DNA of 49,093 nucleotides from a virus (Duplodnaviria; Heunggongvirae; Uroviricota; Caudoviricetes): IMG/VR virus record IMGVR_UViG_2718218136_000007, positions 1 to 49,093 of that record; one strand, 5' to 3'. Shown piece by piece: positions 42,843 to 49,093 of this stretch (position 1 is its first letter; each line of letters starts with the position of its first letter). The notes under the pieces were generated by a model. It saw only the letters and a program-made list of their open reading frames with translations, ran no database searches and was not told where the DNA came from. The position numbers and the translations under genes were made by a program.

Positions 42843-43463
42843 ATGACCACATTTACCAATAAAGAACTGATTAAAGAAATCAAAGAACGAATCAGCAGCC
42901 TAGAGGTTCGAGACGATATTGAGCGCCGTGCTTATGAAATTGCTCTGGCATCGCTGGAAGAGGAGCCGGTGGCATGGCTGCATTCAGACAATGGCTTAGG
43001 TATTCCGGCAATAACCAGGAGCAAAAACATTGCTGACAGTTGGTTATCAATGGGCTGGTATGTTCAGCCGCTATATATAGCCAAGCCAGTACTGGTGGTG
43101 CCAGATGCTCGTCCGTCTTTAAATAATGGCATAGTCGGTTTTGATGAAGGCTGGAACGCCTGCCGCGCCACCATGCTTCATGGTGCCAAACCTGTAAGCC
43201 AGACTTACAAGTTGAACAAGCTGTCGGGCAACTCTCCGGTAACTCAGGATGGTTGGATAAGCTGTAGTGAGCGAATGCCGAACGATAAACAGTATGTTTG
43301 GTGTTGGGGTAAGTCTTACGGCTGGACTGAGTGCGATACCTTCGAAGGGTATTACGATTGGTCGAGAAACAAATGGTGGGCAGTTACTGACGATGGGGAA
43401 GAACCGGCATCGAAAGTAACCCACTGGATGCCGCTACCGGAGCCACCGCAGGAGGTGAAGTAA
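42843..43463 (+). CDS. DUF551-domain protein
   Basis: 206 aa; C-terminal W-rich DUF551-like motif (WISCSERMPNDKQYVWCW...WMPLPEPP). Confidence 0.55.
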   Translation: MTTFTNKELIKEIKERISSLEVRDDIERRAYEIALASLEEEPVAWLHSDNGLGIPAITRSKNIADSWLSMGWYVQPLYIAKPVLVVPDARPSLNNGIVGFDEGWNACRATMLHGAKPVSQTYKLNKLSGNSPVTQDGWISCSERMPNDKQYVWCWGKSYGWTECDTFEGYYDWSRNKWWAVTDDGEEPASKVTHWMPLPEPPQEVK

Positions 43464-43657
43464 TGAACAACTTAATGACAACTAAACAAGTCGCCGACTT
43501 CTGTGGCGTTTCAGTATCGACCGTTCTTCGCTGGAACAGCGTAAACAGGAGAACTGGCCAGAAATACAGGCCTGACTTTCCAGATCCTGATATTAAATCC
43601 TGCCCAAATAAATGGGCATCACGCAAGATATACAGGTTTGCTGGAGTTATTGAGTGA
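43463..43657 (+). CDS. Excisionase-like / AlpA-family HTH protein (putative Xis)
   Basis: 64 aa; LMTTKQVADFCGVSVSTVLRW (MerR/AlpA-type HTH); located in the integrase-proximal module. Confidence 0.65.
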   Translation: MNNLMTTKQVADFCGVSVSTVLRWNSVNRRTGQKYRPDFPDPDIKSCPNKWASRKIYRFAGVIE

Positions 43658-43690
43658 TGGGTATTAGCTCATATCAGAACTAATACCCAT
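43657..43690. repeat. Perfect 11-bp inverted repeat (ATGGGTATTAG - 12 nt - CTAATACCCAT) at the xis stop
   Basis: Arms 43657-43667 and 43680-43690; no adjacent U-tract on either strand. Confidence 0.6.
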
Positions 43691-43859
43691 CAATGACACA
43701 GAGCCAACTACCCACCCTGTGTCAGGGGCTAACTTTTAACACCATAATTCACCGCTAGATAAAAACTGTATTGCATTGCACGAGCGGCGCAGCATTATCA
43801 GTTAGAGTGTCTTTACCTTGTTAGGCTCCACAGTTCGCACTGTCCAACGCCTGTCACTT

Positions 43860-46800
43860 TCACACGCTGCGCCTTCGAGAATATTCATTTAATCGCTGAT
43901 AACGAACATCTTGCTCCAGTTGTGGAGCAGCTTGAACAATTTGAAGCAAGCATTGCCCCAACTCTCGAGGCCCCCAGTGTTGTTCGGCAATCACGGCATT
44001 CAGCAGGGATAGAGCGTCCGCAGGATATCGGCTGCAAATATCTGATTCTAGCAAAAGGCGAACGTCGTAGCTAAGGTGTTCGAGCGGTTGCAGCCAGTCC
44101 TGCACCACTGCCAAAGCCGCCGGAAATTCACCTCGGGCAGCAATCACCATACGAGTCAACGATTCGGATATGCGTGGGGTGGCCAAGTTGCGGGACTTTG
44201 GCCAAACCTGTTGCCAAAATGGCTGGACACGATTTTTCCAATACTCCTCGCGCTGATCGCCCGCACCTTCAAGTGCCTGGTATAACGCCTGCGCGGCTAC
44301 CTCCAGACCTTCTTGTGGAAGAGCACTAATTGCCGTTCGGAACTCCTCCACGGTATATCCCTCGGTAGGGCCCAGAGCTGCATAAGTCAGGAAAATAGCG
44401 AATTGCTGCCGGTGCTCGCCAAGATCAGAATAGTGATTGGCGCTCTCCAAAAAATCTGACTTGAAAGCTATCAGCAACGGTTCATACAGGCGTGGCGACC
44501 AGAGGAAGCCTTCCCACACAGCTTTTGCTTCGACGGGATTACTCCAAGCAAACAAGGGCAATAGATACTGTTCGGTCCAAGGTCGATCTACGCGAAAAAA
44601 TGCGATCAGCCGCGACCCCAGCAACACCCGACCATGGCGGAATAGCTCTATCTGTACATTACACAATTTGGTGAAAAGTGTTTTCAATTCAACAGGAAGC
44701 AAATCATTGTCATTCGGGTTCTGTTTGAACCATAGGGTGATCAGTGATTGCGTGACATGCCCAATGGGATGATTGATCGCCGTAGAAACAGGATCATAGG
44801 TCTCAATTCCGTTTCGAATGGTGCTAGACTCTGGGCTTGTTTCTATCATCAGAACCCGACGACAAAGGGCCAGTAGAATCTCCTCGTGGCAGAGGATGGT
44901 CTTCGAAGCCTCCTCCATCCACCAAGTGACAGCGTGGGAAATCTCCTGAAGTACTGCGTCAGGCATGTCAAGCACCAACGGTGCGGCGTACCGCCACGAA
45001 CGCAAAATCATCCCTGGTTCAGCCCAAGTCTGCAGAGCTTCACGCCACCGACCAACAGGCCACACATCATCTTGTGATAGTTTACGTAACGCATACAGAC
45101 TGTGAAAAAAGCGCGTACGGCAAACATCACTCCAAGTGTCCTCATAGAAAGGCAGTCTTTCTGGCATAGGCTTTGCGAGCCATTGCACTAATTCCTGCCA
45201 CTTACGGGGCGCAATGTCGACATCTATACTCTCCTCGAAGCCTGGATCACCGGTTCCGCTCATCCAGTGAGAGAATTCATCACGCTCGTTGGTTGCCAGT
45301 TGCCATTTTGGGTATGCTGTGGATATTTCCGTCAAACGTGTAGCCGCAGACTCTCCCAAAACAAGGCCCGCTCCCCTGAGCTTCGCTAGACACAACCAGA
45401 CGGAATGAGCCACCAAATAATGCCACCTGTCTGCTTCCAAATTATCCTCGTACATCTCGCGCGGAGGCCCTGCCAAGATAGCAGTTTCCAGACGCTCTTG
45501 TGCAATTCCTGTCAGATGTCGTCCCTGCAAAACAAACAGTCTGAATACCTCTCGCCGAGTATCCGTGGCCCACAACCACCATGAACCGTCCTCTAACAAC
45601 CAATTAACCCACCGCTCAGGTGGTATGCAGTTGTCTTGGCTTGCGGCAAACAGTGCCAGACGTTTGAAGGTGGGATATGGCAACTCAAACCAATTCTGAG
45701 CAATGCGCGAGGCCTGATCGCTGTCTTTGGCTCGAACGGCTAACCATGAATCCCGAAGTAATTCAATCAGGCTCACCCAATCGCGGAACCCCCGGTTCTG
45801 CCAGTGCGGAGTGATGGACGGCAAATCCCAATGCGAGCGGTCGTGACGATCGTCGGACTCTCCCAACTCCCGCAACAAGTCCAGTGCATCACGCAACAAC
45901 TGCTGAAAATCTTCCAACAGGTATGGCAAGGACGATTTCCATGACTCGTCAGCAAGGTCGAACAGGGTTGAACGTACGTAATCAGCAGTCAGCACCAGCT
46001 CCCAATCCACCAATTGCTTGATTCGCAAGGGTTCATCAGTGCTGCTCGAATCGTCTTCACTATAGCGAAACGGCCGCCTCAACATAACCTTGGGAGAAAG
46101 CAACCCGCGTAACTCCAAGCGCAATGTAGTCGTCAAGCCTTCATTCTTTAAGCGGTTTTGCCAACGATACAAATCCAGGTTCTGCAATGGCGATTTCACA
46201 CGACCACTAAGCAGAAGCCGCCATAAAGTAGACATAGGTGGACCAGGAATAGCCAGGGGGGAATGCAAGAGAATTTCATCTAACTCAGAAGTCTTACGCT
46301 CCCGCATCAGTGCTGCTAAGCGATCTAGTTCGCTCTCAATCAGAAACATCCAACGGTCGTGTATTTGTCCGCCGCGTTCAGCAATCCATATGATCAACCT
46401 AGGGTCGCCCAGATAACGAACTAGCCAACGGGCTATATGGGACATTACGTCATCCCATTTGCTAGCACTGACACATCCAGAAACCAGCGACATCTGCGGG
46501 GCCAGCTCATAGGGCGCAGGACGCTGAACCAGACTGAATCGGAGTTTCGGGTCAATTTCGACATGCGGAGATACACAAAAGCGTGGCAGATCGCTGTATT
46601 TAAATCGTTCGTCCGAGAAAGCTTTCAATAACCAATCCAGCGGCGGTGCAGGATTGAGTTCCGCAAAGCGTTTTGCTGGTAAACCTGATTTATCTGACAA
46701 GGCCCACAACATCCGACCAACGAAATCGTCCTGACGAGTGCTGTCCTGCGGGCGGGCCAGAGCATGTTTGACGACTATAGCCTCTTTGCCCTGTATACCA

Positions 46801-47687
46801 TCTCGATAAGTATCTGCCCAAGCGTGCAACGTTTGATGCAGCACTGAATGATCAGTGGAGCCCGCCGGTACGGTGTAAAGGATAGGAGTGACCCCTTTGG
46901 CCTCCCACTCGATGGCTTTCCGGTGCTCCTGCCCCGGCTCACACTCCCCCAGTGCCCATACTTGTGGTGTGACTTCACCGAGCCTCCGATCTGCTGCAAG
47001 CGCATCCATCATGTAGCGCAGTACCGGGTCGTTGATGCTGTAGCCAACGAAGCAGACCACATAGTTACGAAATAACTCACTCACAAAGCGAGCTGCCCAA
47101 CGCTCAGTGAGATAAGCCAAGCCAAAGTCACCGCTGGTAACAACCAGACGATTCAGGGCAGTATCATCCGCCTTTTCCGGTAACAGCCCATGCAGGTATA
47201 CAAGTCCATCCCAGCGGCTGTTTTTTGGAATTGGCAGCATCGGCGCTACATAGGCCTGAAAAGCCTGGCCTGTACGTTTAGCTGCCACATGAAAGAGACG
47301 GTCAAAGTTGGTAGTGACCAATCGAAGGGCACCCTCGCGGCTACGGGCTAAACGTAACAGCGCCGCCTGAGTATCAATAGCGCCCCTACGACGGAGCTTT
47401 GGCTTAAGGGCTTTTTCCAACGCGCGTCGGACGGCTATACGCTGCCCTGGTAAGCGCCGTTCCAGCAAATCTAATGTGCCGTCAAATTGCCCACGCTCGA
47501 AAACCTCACGCTCAATTTCTGAAAGTGTTGTTCCGTTCCTCTGGTAAATTAGTTCTACCAACCCTTTGAAACCAGGTAAACCAGCAGGGTAGGAAATGCC
47601 TGCTCCACAGAAGAACACAACGCGCCCTTCCTCGTGCGCCTGCAAAAGCTCATCAGGAATATCAGGGCCGTTGGTAATGAATTGCAT
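43860..47687 (-). CDS. SIR2-domain protein, 1275 aa (N-terminal sirtuin-like NADase domain plus about 1000-aa uncharacterised helical region): candidate single-gene anti-phage defence protein (DSR-like)
   Basis: N-terminal motifs VVFFCGAGISYPAG (aa 23-36), TTNFDRL (aa 125-131), YLHG (aa 164-167) match SIR2_2-type sirtuin signatures; no Walker A/P-loop seen; AGGAGG 5 nt upstream of ATG 47687; lies between xis and int. Confidence 0.7.
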   Translation of the reverse strand: MQFITNGPDIPDELLQAHEEGRVVFFCGAGISYPAGLPGFKGLVELIYQRNGTTLSEIEREVFERGQFDGTLDLLERRLPGQRIAVRRALEKALKPKLRRRGAIDTQAALLRLARSREGALRLVTTNFDRLFHVAAKRTGQAFQAYVAPMLPIPKNSRWDGLVYLHGLLPEKADDTALNRLVVTSGDFGLAYLTERWAARFVSELFRNYVVCFVGYSINDPVLRYMMDALAADRRLGEVTPQVWALGECEPGQEHRKAIEWEAKGVTPILYTVPAGSTDHSVLHQTLHAWADTYRDGIQGKEAIVVKHALARPQDSTRQDDFVGRMLWALSDKSGLPAKRFAELNPAPPLDWLLKAFSDERFKYSDLPRFCVSPHVEIDPKLRFSLVQRPAPYELAPQMSLVSGCVSASKWDDVMSHIARWLVRYLGDPRLIIWIAERGGQIHDRWMFLIESELDRLAALMRERKTSELDEILLHSPLAIPGPPMSTLWRLLLSGRVKSPLQNLDLYRWQNRLKNEGLTTTLRLELRGLLSPKVMLRRPFRYSEDDSSSTDEPLRIKQLVDWELVLTADYVRSTLFDLADESWKSSLPYLLEDFQQLLRDALDLLRELGESDDRHDRSHWDLPSITPHWQNRGFRDWVSLIELLRDSWLAVRAKDSDQASRIAQNWFELPYPTFKRLALFAASQDNCIPPERWVNWLLEDGSWWLWATDTRREVFRLFVLQGRHLTGIAQERLETAILAGPPREMYEDNLEADRWHYLVAHSVWLCLAKLRGAGLVLGESAATRLTEISTAYPKWQLATNERDEFSHWMSGTGDPGFEESIDVDIAPRKWQELVQWLAKPMPERLPFYEDTWSDVCRTRFFHSLYALRKLSQDDVWPVGRWREALQTWAEPGMILRSWRYAAPLVLDMPDAVLQEISHAVTWWMEEASKTILCHEEILLALCRRVLMIETSPESSTIRNGIETYDPVSTAINHPIGHVTQSLITLWFKQNPNDNDLLPVELKTLFTKLCNVQIELFRHGRVLLGSRLIAFFRVDRPWTEQYLLPLFAWSNPVEAKAVWEGFLWSPRLYEPLLIAFKSDFLESANHYSDLGEHRQQFAIFLTYAALGPTEGYTVEEFRTAISALPQEGLEVAAQALYQALEGAGDQREEYWKNRVQPFWQQVWPKSRNLATPRISESLTRMVIAARGEFPAALAVVQDWLQPLEHLSYDVRLLLESDICSRYPADALSLLNAVIAEQHWGPRELGQCLLQIVQAAPQLEQDVRYQRLNEYSRRRSV

Positions 47688-47869
47688 TCCTTTTCCTCCT
47701 ATCCAATGTGCACGTTCATTCGAGTAAATGAAGGCAAGGGGTTACATCTTATTATACCGACCGTGCAAATCCGGCTTCCTAGCAAGCTACTTTACTTGCC
47801 AACTCATAATGTCCGAACTCCGAACAAAGCGGACTGCTAGATTTGATTGCGTTCTAGCTACGCAAAATA

Positions 47870-49093
47870 TCATTTCGAGCCTGAACGAGTACAAGTAACA
47901 ATCGATTCAACTCTCTCCCACCATGCCTGGTAGGCTTTACGCTGTTCTTCTAGATAATCACTCTTGTCATAAACTTGCCATACACCTGGCAGTTTATGAC
48001 CGAGCATTATTTCAGCAATATGAGGCGCAGTAAGATCAGAAAAGTTTGTTCGTGCTGTTCGTCTCAAATCATGAAGAGACCAGTGAGGAAATTGATACCC
48101 CAAACGCCGCCATGCGTACTGCATTAAATTGTAAGGCAGCGACTGCAATGATGTCCGACCAACTGGTTCCCTGCTTCCTTCCTTAGTAAAAAGCATATCG
48201 GAACCGTTGTTCATAGAGATAACGTATTTTATAAGCTCTTCAACCGGTTCAATAATGGGCCGCTTTAGCGGTTCGCCTGTTATATCCCCTGTCTTATGTC
48301 GTTCTGGTGGTACAGTCCATATTTTATTAATGAAATCAAAATCGTCCACCTTGGCAGTAATTAGCTCTGAACTACGGCAACCAAAATGCAGCAATAGTTT
48401 AATGAAGGCCCGGTATTTAGGAACCATTCGAGAACCATCGATCGCAGCATAAAGGATTTTAATTTCATCATGTGTCAGAAACCGTTTCTTCTGACCTTTA
48501 CGGATATCCATATCTTTACCCGTGATATCCGACAGCGGGCGAGTTTCAATGAGCTTTCTCTTATACGCCCAGACATGGGCCTGCTTTGCGTTAATTAGCA
48601 ATCGGTCTGCTATTGCTGGAGTCTTAGTGCTAAGAGGCTCCAGGACTTCTAACCAATCATGCAATGTAGCTGCATCGTGAGGGATATTCCCGATTTTAGA
48701 GAACAGGTGCAGCTCAAACGAGCGGAGTATCTGTTCAGAACCTTTTTTATTTTTTACACAATATGCTTCATACCAAGCACGGATCACAGATTCTACCGTC
48801 ATGGCTTCAGTAGCTTTACGTTTTTCTGCCAGCTTGACCAATCGTGGATTGCGGTTTGACTCGAGTTCACCACGAAGACGGATAACTTCTTCTCTGGCCT
48901 CTTTTAGTCCAGTTGCCGGGTAAGTTCCGATATCAAGACGCTCACCTTTCCCCGCCCACTGATAACGATATTGGAACACTACGCGACCTTTCGGTGATAC
49001 TCTAACAGACAGACCATCACGATCGGATTTAACCAAAACCTTATCACGTTCCTTTCCAACGACTGAACGCAACCACGCATCAGACAGCGCCAT
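47870..49093 (-). CDS. int: Tyrosine recombinase / phage integrase (P4-like)
   Basis: 407 aa; N-terminal MALSDAWLRSV... (arm-binding domain type), C-terminal catalytic region with R...HDLRRT...LGH...Y pattern; gene start coincides with the window edge. Confidence 0.85.
   Translation of the reverse strand: MALSDAWLRSVVGKERDKVLVKSDRDGLSVRVSPKGRVVFQYRYQWAGKGERLDIGTYPATGLKEAREEVIRLRGELESNRNPRLVKLAEKRKATEAMTVESVIRAWYEAYCVKNKKGSEQILRSFELHLFSKIGNIPHDAATLHDWLEVLEPLSTKTPAIADRLLINAKQAHVWAYKRKLIETRPLSDITGKDMDIRKGQKKRFLTHDEIKILYAAIDGSRMVPKYRAFIKLLLHFGCRSSELITAKVDDFDFINKIWTVPPERHKTGDITGEPLKRPIIEPVEELIKYVISMNNGSDMLFTKEGSREPVGRTSLQSLPYNLMQYAWRRLGYQFPHWSLHDLRRTARTNFSDLTAPHIAEIMLGHKLPGVWQVYDKSDYLEEQRKAYQAWWERVESIVTCTRSGSK

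Larger units (their letters stand above)
41143..42843 (+). pseudogene. yfdS: yfdS-like gene disrupted by IS10 (5' part 41143-41231, 3' part 42561-42843)
   Basis: Joining the flanks gives MRMNVFEMEGFLRGKCVPRDLKVNETNAEYLVRKFDALEAKCAALENK...APEAGA (about 120 aa); 9-bp duplication TGCTGAGTA at 41223-41231 and 42561-42569. Confidence 0.75.

Noticed and set aside
43860-47687. STAND/Avs-type NTPase or ThsA-type (SIR2 plus SLOG) classification for the SIR2 protein
   Set aside because: No Walker A (GxxxxGK[ST]) motif found on reading the sequence, and the protein is far larger than ThsA with no recognisable SLOG region; a DSR-like architecture fits better

Overview
The window is essentially one lambdoid prophage, read in reverse (late genes on the minus strand), with the integrase at the high-coordinate edge; no att site is visible inside the window. 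Low to high coordinate: a hexapeptide-repeat acyltransferase moron (1-546); lambda-like tail genes tfa-stf-lom-J-I-K-L-M-H-T-G-V-U-Z (557-18983), with tape-measure gene H split by an IS66-family element (12243-14941, 8-bp target duplication); head and packaging genes FII-FI-E-D-C/Nu3-B-W-A-Nu1 (18995-26766); a cos site (about 26944-26955); an AT-rich two-gene moron; a phage-21-type lysis cassette (Rz/Rz1, SAR endolysin, pinholin); a DNA methyltransferase; tR' and a Q antiterminator; a nin-like region (DUF968/HNH, KilA-N, RusA, LexA-DBD-only protein, Dam-like MTase); an O-like replication initiator with internal iterons; a cro/cI immunity region with recognisable operators and promoters; and a leftward early operon carrying yfdP-yfdQ-yfdR, an IS10-disrupted yfdS, a DUF551 protein and an excisionase-like gene. 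Between that excisionase and the P4-type integrase lies a 1275-aa protein with an N-terminal SIR2 (sirtuin-like) domain and a large uncharacterised C-terminal region (43860-47687). This is the strongest candidate for an anti-phage defence system in the window, resembling single-gene defence-associated sirtuins (DSR-like). The two IS insertions suggest the prophage is defective. All calls rest on reading the sequence and ORF translations and on recalled family signatures; no database search was run.
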